Below, in pieces: positions 42,015 to 51,077 of a DNA stretch of 64,000 bases. A program made the position numbers and the translations under genes. The notes beneath the pieces are model-generated. The model did not search any database. It was given only the letters and a program-made list of their open reading frames with translations, and had not been told where the DNA came from. The first letter of the stretch is position 1. Every line of letters starts with the position of its first letter. The DNA is from Candidatus Saelkia tenebricola (lineage in GTDB: Bacteria > Omnitrophota > Gorgyraeia > Kaelpiales > Kaelpiaceae): NCBI GenBank assembly GCA_030765145.1, contig JAVCDA010000010.1, forward strand, positions 119,344-183,343, given 5' to 3'.

Positions 42015-43315
42015 ATCTGTTTTAATTTATTTTCTTTTTCCCTTTCTATTTTTTGAACAGCATGTATGACCGTGGTATGATCTTTACCGCCAAAAGCACT
42101 TCCAATATCATTTAAGGAAGAATCCGTGTGTTTACGTATCAAATATATAGCCAATTGTCTGGGTAAAGTAACCGACTGTTTGCGAGATTTACTTTTAAGA
42201 TCTGCAAGTGAAATATTAAATAATTTTGCTACTTTTTCTTGGATATAAGGGATACTTACCCTACTGCTTTCTTCCTGCACCATATCACGTAAAACTTTTT
42301 CAACTAAAGGCAAGTCAATGCGCTCTTCAATTAAGGTTGCATGTGCGACAACTCTCAAGAGAGCACCTTCTAGCTCACGGATATTGGAAGAAATTTTTTC
42401 CGCAATATAGGAAAGCACGTCATTAGCAACTATAAGCTTAAATTTAAAAACTTTTTTTTGAAGAATAGCCAAGCGGGTTTCATAATCAGGTTTTTGCACA
42501 TCAACAACTAATCCCCAATGAAACCGAGAAACCAGACGTTCTTCTAAATCTGGGATTTCCTTAGGTGATCGGTCGCTGGAAATCACAATTTGTTTGTGAA
42601 AATCATAAAGAGCGTTAAAAGTATGGAAAAACTCTTCTTGCATACCTGCTTTCCCTGCTAGAAATTGTATATCATCGATTAATAAAAGATCGACGTTGCG
42701 ATATCGTTCCCTAAAACGAGCAGTACTGCGTGTTTGAATAGAGTGGACTAGTTGATTGGTAAACTCTTCGCTGGAAATATAATGCACTTTAAAGCGAGGA
42801 AAACGGTTAATAATCTCATGTCCGATGGCATGCAAAAGATGGGTTTTACCCAAACCAACCCCGCCGTATATAAAAAGCGGGTTATATGCTTTTGCCGGCG
42901 AAATAGTAATGGCAAAAGTTGCGGCATGGGCTAATTTATTGCACTCTCCCACAATAAATTCTTCAAAAGTATTTTGCGGATTTAACCGCTCTAAAACATG
43001 TTTAGAAATGACCTGTGTTTCTTTGTGTGTTGTCTTTATTTGTGGTGCAGTAATTTCAGAAGGGATTTTTGCTACGGTTAGTTTTATTTGGAATTCTTCC
43101 CCTGTCACGTCTTTTAAAAACAGCAAGATTTTATCCATATAACGTTCGCGAATCCAATTGCTGAAGAAAATATTAGGCACTGTAAATTCTAAAGTGTTAC
43201 CGGAGACTTCATGAACCTCAAGGGGTTCGATCCAGAATTTATATGTATGACTACCGAACTCGGTAATTAAACGTTCTTTGATTTCTTCCCAACAACTAAG
43301 CGTTTTTTTCTGCAT
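41975..43315 (-). CDS. dnaA: Chromosomal replication initiator DnaA
   Basis: YNPLFIYGGVGLGKTHL, LLIDDIQF, RELEGAL, GGKDHTTV. Start taken as ATG 43315 because TTG 43324 overlaps the -10 box. Confidence 0.99.
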   Translation of the reverse strand: MQKKTLSCWEEIKERLITEFGSHTYKFWIEPLEVHEVSGNTLEFTVPNIFFSNWIRERYMDKILLFLKDVTGEEFQIKLTVAKIPSEITAPQIKTTHKETQVISKHVLERLNPQNTFEEFIVGECNKLAHAATFAITISPAKAYNPLFIYGGVGLGKTHLLHAIGHEIINRFPRFKVHYISSEEFTNQLVHSIQTRSTARFRERYRNVDLLLIDDIQFLAGKAGMQEEFFHTFNALYDFHKQIVISSDRSPKEIPDLEERLVSRFHWGLVVDVQKPDYETRLAILQKKVFKFKLIVANDVLSYIAEKISSNIRELEGALLRVVAHATLIEERIDLPLVEKVLRDMVQEESSRVSIPYIQEKVAKLFNISLADLKSKSRKQSVTLPRQLAIYLIRKHTDSSLNDIGSAFGGKDHTTVIHAVQKIEREKENKLKQIVDKLEEKILKNT

Positions 43316-43323
43316 AGGCGTCA

Positions 43324-43352
43324 ATTATAACAATCTACATATATAGTTTCAA
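43324..43352 (-). promoter_or_regulatory. dnaA promoter
   Basis: TTGAAA-N17-TATAAT with a TG extension, 8 nt upstream of the ATG. Confidence 0.75.
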
Positions 43353-43360
43353 CATTTAAG

Positions 43361-43389
43361 TTGATTTAATACTGAATATTCACTATAAT
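43361..43389 (+). promoter_or_regulatory. rpmH operon promoter
   Basis: TTGATT-N17-TATAAT, followed by an AGGAGGTGA RBS. Confidence 0.7.
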
Positions 43390-43416
43390 GGCCCGAATAA
43401 TAGGAGGTGATTACAG

Positions 43417-43554
43417 GTGAAAAAGAATTTAAAGCCGGTATCAAATTTAAAAAGGAAACGAAAACATGGTTTTTTAAAAAGGAATGATACCAAAGCAGGT
43501 CAACAGATTTTGACTCAGAGGAGAAAAAAAGGAAGACATAAAATTGCAGTCTGA
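43417..43554 (+). CDS. rpmH: 50S ribosomal protein L34 (absent from the ORF track)
   Basis: GTG start, translation [45 protein letters not shown], divergent from dnaA. Confidence 0.95.
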   Translation: MKKNLKPVSNLKRKRKHGFLKRNDTKAGQQILTQRRKKGRHKIAV

Positions 43555-43897
43555 GGACAATGTCAAGATTTCCTCACTCAAGCTAGAAAAAGATATCAAC
43601 AATGTTTTCTCAAAAGGTAGTAAAATCGGGAACCGGTTCTGCGTGCTGTACTATCAGGCGGGCACACAGCCTAATTTAAGGCTTGGTGTATTCGTGCCCA
43701 AAAAAGTTTTTAAAAAAGCTGTTGACAGAAATCGCGCTAAGAGGATAATCAGAGAAGTTTTTAGACAAGAAAAAAGTGATTTAGGAGGTTTGGATATAAT
43801 ATGTCTTTTAACAAAATGTCAAAAGGGGGAAGTTTCTTTAAAATTATTCTCCCAACACATATCTGCTTTGTTGCAAAAGGTGCCAAGCGTATTGTAA
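43544..43897 (+). CDS. rnpA: Ribonuclease P protein component
   Basis: [21 protein letters not shown] motif; synteny. Confidence 0.93.
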   Translation: MQSEDNVKISSLKLEKDINNVFSKGSKIGNRFCVLYYQAGTQPNLRLGVFVPKKVFKKAVDRNRAKRIIREVFRQEKSDLGGLDIICLLTKCQKGEVSLKLFSQHISALLQKVPSVL

Positions 43898-44091
43898 TTA
43901 TACTGGTAAAGCTATATCAAAAATGTTTTGCTCCTTATATGCCTTATCAGTGTAAATATTCTCCATCTTGTTCCGAATATTGTATTGCTGCAGTGCAGAA
44001 GAAGGGTGTATGGTGGGGAGGAATATCAACTGCTGTTAGAATAATGAGATGCAATCCTTTTTCCCCGGGAGGATATGATCCTGTGAGGTAA
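43801..44091 (+). CDS. yidD: Membrane protein insertion efficiency factor
   Basis: CKYSPSCSEY and RIMRCNPF..GGYDPV. AGGAGG lies upstream of ATG 43801. Confidence 0.92.
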   Translation: MSFNKMSKGGSFFKIILPTHICFVAKGAKRIVIILVKLYQKCFAPYMPYQCKYSPSCSEYCIAAVQKKGVWWGGISTAVRIMRCNPFSPGGYDPVR

Positions 44092-45570
44092 ATGATGGAG
44101 AAAAGAATTCTTATTGCAACGGGTCTTGCTTTTTTAGTTTTGTTAATGTATCAGCCGTATTTAAAAAAGTTGGGTGTGCAGCCACAAAGAAAAACAGTTG
44201 TAACGCAAGCCAGTAAAAAGCCCAATGATACGGTTGTGCCGTATGATACGGTTGATATTGAGACTGTTCAGACAGATGATACGGTTGCTGATACGGTTTT
44301 AGAGAATGATTTACTCAAGTTAACTGTTAATGAAAGAACAGGCACAGTAAAAGAAATCTATTTTTGGGATCATGGCACAAGCGCCATTCTTTACTCATTG
44401 CAAAATAAAGGCTTAGGATTATTTGCGCCAACCGTATCAACCGTATCATTTCAAAGTCGATTAGGTTTCAGTGCAAATGATATGGTTCTGGAAGGCCAGA
44501 GAGTAAAACGGTCGTATAAACTGGAGGAACATATCCTAACTACTGTTTTTGAAGGAGAAAAAGAAATTAGTATTTTTATTCCGACTAAATACGATGTTTC
44601 TCCCAGGGAAGCACGGTATGTAAGAATGGTGATTAAAAACACAGATGGTCTAAGCTATGATAAACCTTCCAAACTTATGAAGAATGGAGGAACATTACAG
44701 AACGTGGACTGGTTTGCACTGTCCTTTAGGTATCATTCTTTACTGTTTGATCCAGACAATATTGTAGACTTAGGAATAATTCCATCTTTAAGTAGAGATG
44801 GTTTTATTATCAAAATCAAGTTAGATGAGGCGCGTTTTAGCATAGCAACTTATTTAGGTCCCAATTCTGCCAATATTTTGGAATCCTATAATCAGAGTTG
44901 GCTTGGCGTGTTAAATTACGGGACATTGAACAATGTGGTTAAAACACTCCTAGTATTCTTCCATAAAATAACTCACAACTATGGCAGTGCTATTTTACTA
45001 CTGGCGATGCTGTTAAATTTGATTTTCTCTCCACTTACGCTTAAGTCTCAACGTAGTATGAAAGGCATGCAGAAGCTGCAACCGGAGATACAAGCTTTAA
45101 AAGAGCAATATAAAGATAATCCACAAGCTGTTAACAAGGAAATGCTACAGCTTTATAAAAAGCATAAAGTTAATCCGATGGGAGGATGCTTGCCGATGCT
45201 ATTACAAATCCCGGTATTTATCGCCCTCTATAACACGCTGATGAGAAGCTATGAGCTCAAAAATGCTACTTTTTTGTGGATTAAAGATCTTTCAGCACCA
45301 GACAGACTTGTTATGCTTGGCAAGGCCTTGCCGTTGATAGGCAATGAAATTAACCTTTTACCTTTGTTGATGGCGGGACTCATGTTTGCACAGCAAAAGC
45401 TTTCTCCCGCAGCCAAGATGCCGGGAGCAGGAGCGCAGAATCCCAATATGATGCTTTGGCTTATGCCGATATTTATGGGAGCAATATTTTATAAGTTTCC
45501 AGCAGGGCTTGTTCTTTACTGGTTTACTAATTCTCTGTTTATGCTGGTGCTGCAAATGGCTCGAAAGTAA
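44092..45570 (+). CDS. yidC: Membrane protein insertase YidC
   Basis: NYG.AI, MQKLQPE, VNPMGGCLP.LLQIP, WIKDLSAPD, PAGL.LYW. Confidence 0.97.
   Translation: MMEKRILIATGLAFLVLLMYQPYLKKLGVQPQRKTVVTQASKKPNDTVVPYDTVDIETVQTDDTVADTVLENDLLKLTVNERTGTVKEIYFWDHGTSAILYSLQNKGLGLFAPTVSTVSFQSRLGFSANDMVLEGQRVKRSYKLEEHILTTVFEGEKEISIFIPTKYDVSPREARYVRMVIKNTDGLSYDKPSKLMKNGGTLQNVDWFALSFRYHSLLFDPDNIVDLGIIPSLSRDGFIIKIKLDEARFSIATYLGPNSANILESYNQSWLGVLNYGTLNNVVKTLLVFFHKITHNYGSAILLLAMLLNLIFSPLTLKSQRSMKGMQKLQPEIQALKEQYKDNPQAVNKEMLQLYKKHKVNPMGGCLPMLLQIPVFIALYNTLMRSYELKNATFLWIKDLSAPDRLVMLGKALPLIGNEINLLPLLMAGLMFAQQKLSPAAKMPGAGAQNPNMMLWLMPIFMGAIFYKFPAGLVLYWFTNSLFMLVLQMARK
44225..44487. repeat. Array B: seven copies of TGATA(C/T)GGTT inside yidC
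   Basis: Copies start at 44225(+), 44243(+), 44276(+), 44289(+), 44430(-), 44439(-) and 44477(+, T variant). Confidence 0.92.
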
Positions 45571-45587
45571 CTTTTCACGTGAAAAGT
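45570..45587. promoter_or_regulatory. parS-like centromere palindrome ACTTTTCACGTGAAAAGT
   Basis: Perfect 18-bp palindrome sharing the TTTCACGTGAAA core of consensus parS, directly before parA. Confidence 0.8.
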
Positions 45588-45588
45588 C

Positions 45589-46401
45589 ATGATAATATCA
45601 ATTTGTAATCAGAAAGGCGGGGTGGGGAAGACCACCACAGCCGTTAACCTAAGCACAGATTTGGCGTTAAAGCATCATAAAAAGGTGCTTTTAGTGGATT
45701 TTGACCCCCAGGCAAATGCCACCAGCGGACTAGGCATTCACAAGGGCGACATAGAGTTTTCTGTGTATGACTTCCTGCATGCAGAGATTGATAAAGAAGC
45801 TATTGTTAAAACCAAGGTTAATAATCTATATATCCTACCTTCCTCGATTTCTTTATGCGGAGCTGAAATAGAGCTTATAGAAAGTGCTGACAGGGAATAC
45901 AGATTTAAAAAAAGGGCTCAGGAGATTCTTTCAGGGTTTGATGTGATTATAGTTGATACACCCCCATCTTTGGGGATTTTAACAATCAATGCTTTAGTTG
46001 CCAGCAACAGGGTTATTGTGCCTATTCAATGCGAATATTATGCATTGGAAGGGCTGGTTGATTTTTTAAATACTTTGAATTTGATAAAAGAACGGCTTAA
46101 TCCGGAGCTTGACATTTTAGGTATTTTACTTACAATGGCTGATTATAGAACAAAAATTGCTCATGATGTGGAAAAAGAGATACGGCAGAAATTTGAAAAA
46201 AAAGTTTTCCACACAGTTATCCACAGAAATGTTCGTTTAGCCGAGGCGCCTAGTTACGGGCTTCCCATAGAGATATATGACGCTGCTTCTGCCGGAGCGT
46301 GTTGTTACAGAAGCTTGGTGGATGAGGTTGCCTTGATATTAGGAGATGTTTATGGAAAAGAAGACGGGATTGGGCAAGGGGCTATCAGCACTGATTCCTG
46401 A
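45589..46401 (+). CDS. parA: Chromosome partitioning ATPase ParA/Soj
   Basis: NQKGGVGKTTT, DFDPQANAT, DTPPSLG, PIQCEYYALEG. Confidence 0.97.
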   Translation: MIISICNQKGGVGKTTTAVNLSTDLALKHHKKVLLVDFDPQANATSGLGIHKGDIEFSVYDFLHAEIDKEAIVKTKVNNLYILPSSISLCGAEIELIESADREYRFKKRAQEILSGFDVIIVDTPPSLGILTINALVASNRVIVPIQCEYYALEGLVDFLNTLNLIKERLNPELDILGILLTMADYRTKIAHDVEKEIRQKFEKKVFHTVIHRNVRLAEAPSYGLPIEIYDAASAGACCYRSLVDEVALILGDVYGKEDGIGQGAISTDS

Positions 46402-47173
46402 AAAAACGGGAGTTGATTTTAAAAAATACAAAGAGATTAATGTTTCAAGAATAGCCTTAAATCCTTTTCAGCCTAGAAAAGTGTTTGTTGAGCAGGAAGT
46501 AATCAATTTAAAAGCATCAATATTAAAAGATGGACTATTACAGCCAATATTAGTTGTGGTAGAAGGGGATGCGTACAAGCTGATTGCCGGCGAAAGAAGG
46601 TTTAGGGCGATTAAAATGCTAGGTTGGGATAAAGTACCGGCATTAGTGCTGAATGCTGTGGAAGAAGTGGAGCTGTTGCGAAAATCCTTGGTTGAAAATA
46701 TCCAGCGGACAAATCTTAATCCGATAGAAGAAGCTCAGGCTTATAAAAAGCTGATTGAAGAATATGGGTATTCTTTAGAAAATGTAGCTGTTGAAGTTGG
46801 CAAAGATTTTTCGACCATTTCGAACACGTTAAGGCTTTTAAATTTGCCTCTCGATGTTCAGGAAGACTTACAGCAAGGCTTTATATCTTCAGGTCATGCA
46901 CGGGCTTTACTCATGCTTCAAAATGAAGCAGCGTTAAGAAAATTACTTAAAGCCATAAAAACAGGCAATATAAGTGTTAGAGAGGCAGAAAAAAGGGTGC
47001 GGATACAGAAGAACAGAGATATAGACCCCAATATCTCGAGCATATTAGAGGAACTACAGAGAAAGCTTGGAACCAAGATAGAGATTATGCCCAAAAAGAA
47101 AGGGGGCAAGATCGAAATTTCTTATTTCAGCAACGAAGACTTAGAAAAAGTTTTAAATGTGTTATTAAAATGA
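46352..47173 (+). CDS. parB: Chromosome partitioning protein ParB/Spo0J
   Basis: GLGKGLSAL, NPFQPR, GERRFRA (CTP motif), ENIQR.NL, GHARALL. AGGAG RBS precedes ATG 46352. Confidence 0.97.
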   Translation: MEKKTGLGKGLSALIPEKTGVDFKKYKEINVSRIALNPFQPRKVFVEQEVINLKASILKDGLLQPILVVVEGDAYKLIAGERRFRAIKMLGWDKVPALVLNAVEEVELLRKSLVENIQRTNLNPIEEAQAYKKLIEEYGYSLENVAVEVGKDFSTISNTLRLLNLPLDVQEDLQQGFISSGHARALLMLQNEAALRKLLKAIKTGNISVREAEKRVRIQKNRDIDPNISSILEELQRKLGTKIEIMPKKKGGKIEISYFSNEDLEKVLNVLLK

Positions 47174-47183
47174 GGAGGCATAG

Positions 47184-47687
47184 GTGTTAAACCAAACCTT
47201 GATACTGATTAAACCTGATGGGTTGAAAAAGTCTCTCACGGGAAATATCTTAACCAGGCTTTCTGAAACCAAGCTGGAGATTGTTGCAGCTAAAATTATT
47301 CGGGTAACTCCAGAGATGGCAGAAGCGCATTATTGTCATTTAAAGGAAAAGACGTTTTTTAAAGAATTAATCAGCTATCTTACTGGGGAGCTGCACCAGC
47401 GCAAAAAGGTTATGGCTATGGTGTACTGGGGGGAAGATGCAATTCAGAAAATACGGGAAATTGCCGGGGCAACTAATCCGGAAGAAGCAAGCCCCACATC
47501 TATCAGAGGGCAATTCGGGCGTATTACAACAAAAGGATTATATGAAAACGTTGTTCATGCATCTGCCATTGAAAGTGACGCTGAGAGAGAAATAAAACTA
47601 TGGTTTGATCCTGATGAAATAATTTTTGACCTTTACCCCACGCGTATTGTAACAACAGGGGGAAGGAAAGTGAGGGTATGGATATGA
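47184..47687 (+). CDS. ndk: Nucleoside-diphosphate kinase
   Basis: TLILIKPDG, GATNP.EA.P.SIRG, NVVHAS. Confidence 0.95.
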   Translation: MLNQTLILIKPDGLKKSLTGNILTRLSETKLEIVAAKIIRVTPEMAEAHYCHLKEKTFFKELISYLTGELHQRKKVMAMVYWGEDAIQKIREIAGATNPEEASPTSIRGQFGRITTKGLYENVVHASAIESDAEREIKLWFDPDEIIFDLYPTRIVTTGGRKVRVWI

Positions 47688-48547
47688 GCGAAAAACAGGG
47701 GAAGCGCATAAACAGCATGACCGGGTTTGGTAAAGCCAGCGCTAAGAGCATTAACTGTGCCTGCTATGCGGAGATCAAGAGTGTTAACCATAGATATTTA
47801 GAGATTAACACAAAGATTCCTGACGAATTTTTAAAGCTGGACTTGGAGATAAAAAAGATTGCTAAAAGTTATATCAAAAGAGGGGCGGCGTATTTAAGTT
47901 TAAATTTTATTTACGAAGCAGGTGTTGATTTGAAAGTAGATGACAAATTGTTTCAAAAACTTCTCAAGCTTGAAAAAGATATTGAAAGCAGGCACGGTAT
48001 TAATCAGTCGCTAAACATTCATTACATTTTAAGTTATCCCGGAGTTGTAAAGCAAGTTCGCCCTCAGATACCCTTTAAAGAAAAAAGAGAACTTATCTTA
48101 GGTGCTTTAAAATCTGCATTGGAATCTTTATCGGCAAGCAGAAATCAAGAGGGAAAAGTTTTGCAAAAAGATTTACAGGTCCATTTAAATATAATTGAGA
48201 AAAATCTACATGTTATTGAGAGAATAGAAAAAAATAGAGAAAATATTTTGCTGAAAAGAATGCAAGATCAAGCGGTTAAGCGCCAACAGACTCAGGGTGG
48301 GGCTCAAATGCCTCTACCTTCAATCGCCGAAGAAGTTGTCCGTTTAAGAAGCCATATTAGGGCTGCAAAAGGACTTTTGGCAAGAGGCGGGGTAATAGGC
48401 AGAGAGCTGGATTTTTTGGCTCAAGAGATGAACAGGGAAACTAATACTGTTTCTGCTAAAGCTCTTTCTTCTACAACAGCCAGGTCTGTGGTAAAAGTTA
48501 AAGCAGAGATAGAAAAGATTAGAGAACAAGCGCTAAATATCGAATAG
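47678..48547 (+). CDS. yicC: YicC/YloC family endoribonuclease
   Basis: SMTGFG, SVNHRYL, EEVVRL.SH, LDFL.QEMNRE.NT, IREQ..NIE. Confidence 0.93.
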   Translation: MDMSEKQGKRINSMTGFGKASAKSINCACYAEIKSVNHRYLEINTKIPDEFLKLDLEIKKIAKSYIKRGAAYLSLNFIYEAGVDLKVDDKLFQKLLKLEKDIESRHGINQSLNIHYILSYPGVVKQVRPQIPFKEKRELILGALKSALESLSASRNQEGKVLQKDLQVHLNIIEKNLHVIERIEKNRENILLKRMQDQAVKRQQTQGGAQMPLPSIAEEVVRLRSHIRAAKGLLARGGVIGRELDFLAQEMNRETNTVSAKALSSTTARSVVKVKAEIEKIREQALNIE

Positions 48548-48564
48548 ATAATAGGTTAGGAATA

Positions 48565-48807
48565 ATGGAAATATTAAATATTGGCTATGATAATATAGTT
48601 TTAAAAGAAAAGATTGTTGCAATTGTAAACGCTGATTCTAAACCAGCTCGGCGAATTAAAGAGCAAGCAGCGCAAACGGGTCGATTAATCGATGCAACCT
48701 GTGGAAGAAAAACAAGGGCTTTGATATTAACGCATAGTAATCATATCGTTCTTTCTGCAATTAATGTTCAAACCTTAACCCAGCGAATACGTGGAAAAAA
48801 AGGGTAA
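48565..48807 (+). CDS. remA: RemA/DUF370 family protein
   Basis: LNIGY.N, LIDATCGRKTR, HIVLSA; sits between yicC and gmk. Confidence 0.88.
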   Translation: MEILNIGYDNIVLKEKIVAIVNADSKPARRIKEQAAQTGRLIDATCGRKTRALILTHSNHIVLSAINVQTLTQRIRGKKG

Positions 48808-49378
48808 AGTTTTTATTATCTCAGGACCTTCCGGGGTAGGGAAGACTACTATCACCCAAAATATTTTGGCAGAAATCTCGGGTATCAAGCGAAGTATTTC
48901 TTGCACAACTCGCAAGCCGCGTCAAGGAGAGCATGATAACATAGACTATAGATTTATAACTAAGAAACGATTTAAAGAACTGGTAAAACAAAAAGCTTTT
49001 TTGGAATGGGCGTGTGTGTTAAATAATTACTATGGGACTTTGAAAAAAGATGTTGAAAATTTTCTGCAAGAAGGTGCGGATGTACTACTCTGTATAGATG
49101 TGCAAGGGGCACAGCAAATTTCTGCGAAAATACCCGAGGCGATTAGCATTTTTGTTCTCCCTCCCGATTTAACGGAACTAAAAAAAAGGCTTGCAAATCG
49201 TGGAGAAGACTTAAAAGAAACGAATAAAAGAATGATGCTTGCTAAACAAGAGTTGCAAAAAGCACACAAATACGATTATACTGTAACAAATGACTGCTTG
49301 CAAAAAGCAACGAAAACGGTAAAGCATATTATACGCACCGGGAAAAGCAGTAAAAAACAAACCAAAAGGAGAACTTAA
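48791..49378 (+). CDS. gmk: Guanylate kinase
   Basis: SGPSGVGKTT, TTRKPR.GE, YYGT, IDVQGA. Confidence 0.97.
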   Translation: MEKKGKVFIISGPSGVGKTTITQNILAEISGIKRSISCTTRKPRQGEHDNIDYRFITKKRFKELVKQKAFLEWACVLNNYYGTLKKDVENFLQEGADVLLCIDVQGAQQISAKIPEAISIFVLPPDLTELKKRLANRGEDLKETNKRMMLAKQELQKAHKYDYTVTNDCLQKATKTVKHIIRTGKSSKKQTKRRT

Positions 49379-49573
49379 ATGTCTTATGTAAAAGTAGATG
49401 AGATAAGATCTAGTGTGGAAAGTATTTTTAAGGCAACTATTATTGCTGTACAAAGAGCGGTTGAAGTGGCAGAAGAAGCATCTAAACAACAAATTATTTT
49501 AACGGAAAAGCCTACCAGTTTTGCAATTCATGAAATGGAAACAGGGAAACTGTCGTATAAGGTCATAAAATGA
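49379..49573 (+). CDS. rpoZ: RNA polymerase omega subunit
   Basis: 64 aa after gmk with A.QRA and KPT..A..E motifs. Confidence 0.8.
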   Translation: MSYVKVDEIRSSVESIFKATIIAVQRAVEVAEEASKQQIILTEKPTSFAIHEMETGKLSYKVIK

Positions 49574-50091
49574 AGACAATTGTGTTAGGCCTTAGCGGTA
49601 GCATTGCTTGTTATAAAGGAGCTGAGGCTGCATCTTTGTTAACACAGAAAGGTTATCAAGTTTATACCGTTATGACAGCAGCAGCAGAAGAATTTATAAC
49701 CCCCTTGACTCTAAGGTCTCTCACAGGTAATCCGGTGTTCAATGATATGTTTGAAGATAAAACAACTCATATTTCTCTGGCCAAAGAAGCTGATTTAATT
49801 CTTGTTGCTCCGGCAACAGCATGTTGTATATCTAAGCTGGCAGGAGGTATTGTATCTGATCTTTTAACTTTGACGATTATATCATCAAATGCAGCGGTAT
49901 TAATATGTCCAGCTATGAATGAACAGATGTATAAAAACAAAATTATACAGGATAATATCGAAAAGCTAAAAAAGTATGGGTATCACTTTTTAGGTCCTTA
50001 CGAAGGATGGCTTAGTTGCGGTTACCGGGGGAAGGGAAGGCTTGCAGATGTTATGGATATTGTAGTTGAAGCAGAAAAGCTTATACAATGA
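49570..50091 (+). CDS. coaC: Phosphopantothenoylcysteine decarboxylase (stand-alone)
   Basis: GSIACYK, HISLA, APATA, PAMN..M, L.CG..G.GR. Confidence 0.9.
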   Translation: MKTIVLGLSGSIACYKGAEAASLLTQKGYQVYTVMTAAAEEFITPLTLRSLTGNPVFNDMFEDKTTHISLAKEADLILVAPATACCISKLAGGIVSDLLTLTIISSNAAVLICPAMNEQMYKNKIIQDNIEKLKKYGYHFLGPYEGWLSCGYRGKGRLADVMDIVVEAEKLIQ

Positions 50092-50741
50092 ATCTTCTTA
50101 TCTCGTTTGGTCCTCTCAAAGCATATATCGATGAAGTCAGGTTTATAACCAACCGCTCTACAGGTACTTTTGGCTATAAGTTATTGCAAGAGGCTTTGTT
50201 GCGTAAATATAATGTCAGAGCAGTTGTAGGGTGTATGAAATTTCCCGCGCCTAAAAAAGTAGACAGATGGATTAAAGTCGAGGAATATAAAGACTTAAAA
50301 AACGCATTATATAAAAATTTCTCCTGGGCGGATGTTTTAATAATGGCTGCAGCTGTACCTGATTTTGTTCCTCAGAGTAAATCTCCGGGTAAAATTCCCA
50401 GAAGCAAGGGTAAATTGCACTTGAAGCTTGAAGCTACAGAAAGTATAATAGGGGCTCTTTCTAAGGAAAATGGTAGAAATAAAAAAGTGTTGATTGGGTT
50501 TTCTTTGGAGAAAGACGCACCGATTGAGAAAGCTTATCAAAAAGTAATAGATAATGATTTGGATTTCACGGTAGCAGTATCATTGAGTAGTGAGCAAAAT
50601 CCTTACGGATTAAAAGCGTGTTCAGTTGCGTTGGCATCAAAAAGCAAAGTGGAAAAACTTCCGTTGTGGAGCAAACAAAGAATTGCAAGACATGTTTTTG
50701 ACAACATAGCTCAATATAAAGATGGCTTGCGAAAGAGATAA
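50088..50741 (+). CDS. coaB: Phosphopantothenate-cysteine ligase (stand-alone)
   Basis: ID.VRFITNRSTG..G, MAAAV.DF, IGFSLE. Confidence 0.88.
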   Translation: MNLLISFGPLKAYIDEVRFITNRSTGTFGYKLLQEALLRKYNVRAVVGCMKFPAPKKVDRWIKVEEYKDLKNALYKNFSWADVLIMAAAVPDFVPQSKSPGKIPRSKGKLHLKLEATESIIGALSKENGRNKKVLIGFSLEKDAPIEKAYQKVIDNDLDFTVAVSLSSEQNPYGLKACSVALASKSKVEKLPLWSKQRIARHVFDNIAQYKDGLRKR

Positions 50742-50785
50742 TATTTAGAGATAATTATTGAACGCTCTTTAGATAAATAACATAC

Positions 50786-50857
50786 GGCGGCGTAGCCAAG
50801 TGGGAAGGCAGTGGTCTGCAAAACCACCATTCAGCGGTTCAAATCCGCTCGCCGCCT
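50786..50857 (+). tRNA. tRNA-Cys(GCA)
   Basis: GGCGGCG/CGCCGCC acceptor and anticodon arm GTGGT-CTGCAAA-ACCAC. Confidence 0.96.
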
Positions 50858-50881
50858 GGAAACGGATTAAAAGGAATATAT

Positions 50882-50967
50882 GCCGGGATGGCGGAATTGG
50901 CAGACGCATCGGACTTAAAATCCGATGTTCCGTAAGGGACGTGCCGGTTCAAGTCCGGCTCTCGGCA
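50882..50967 (+). tRNA. tRNA-Leu(TAA)
   Basis: Anticodon arm TCGGA-CTTAAAA-TCCGA, long variable arm, T-loop TTCAAGT. Confidence 0.96.
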
Positions 50968-50977
50968 TTAATAAAAT

Positions 50978-51054
50978 GGGCGGTTAGCTCAGTTGGCTAG
51001 AGCGCCACGTTGACATCGTGGAGGTCACAGGTTCAAGTCCTGTACCGCCCACCA
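50978..51054 (+). tRNA. tRNA-Val(GAC), CCA encoded
   Basis: GGGCGGT/ACCGCCC acceptor and anticodon arm CCACG-TTGACAT-CGTGG. Confidence 0.96.
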
Positions 51055-51077
51055 TGAAATAGGCAGGTGAAATAGAA

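Noticed and set aside
44225-44298. Array B as a mere protein low-complexity (DTV) repeat
   Set aside because: The same nucleotides recur on the opposite strand and in other frames, in an unrelated gene, and upstream of that gene's annotated start.
50800-51000. 66-aa ORF
   Set aside because: It overlaps three tRNA genes.
51055-51077. T-box leaders for thrS or pheS
   Set aside because: There are only 23 nt before thrS, and pheS overlaps ktrA, so there is no room.
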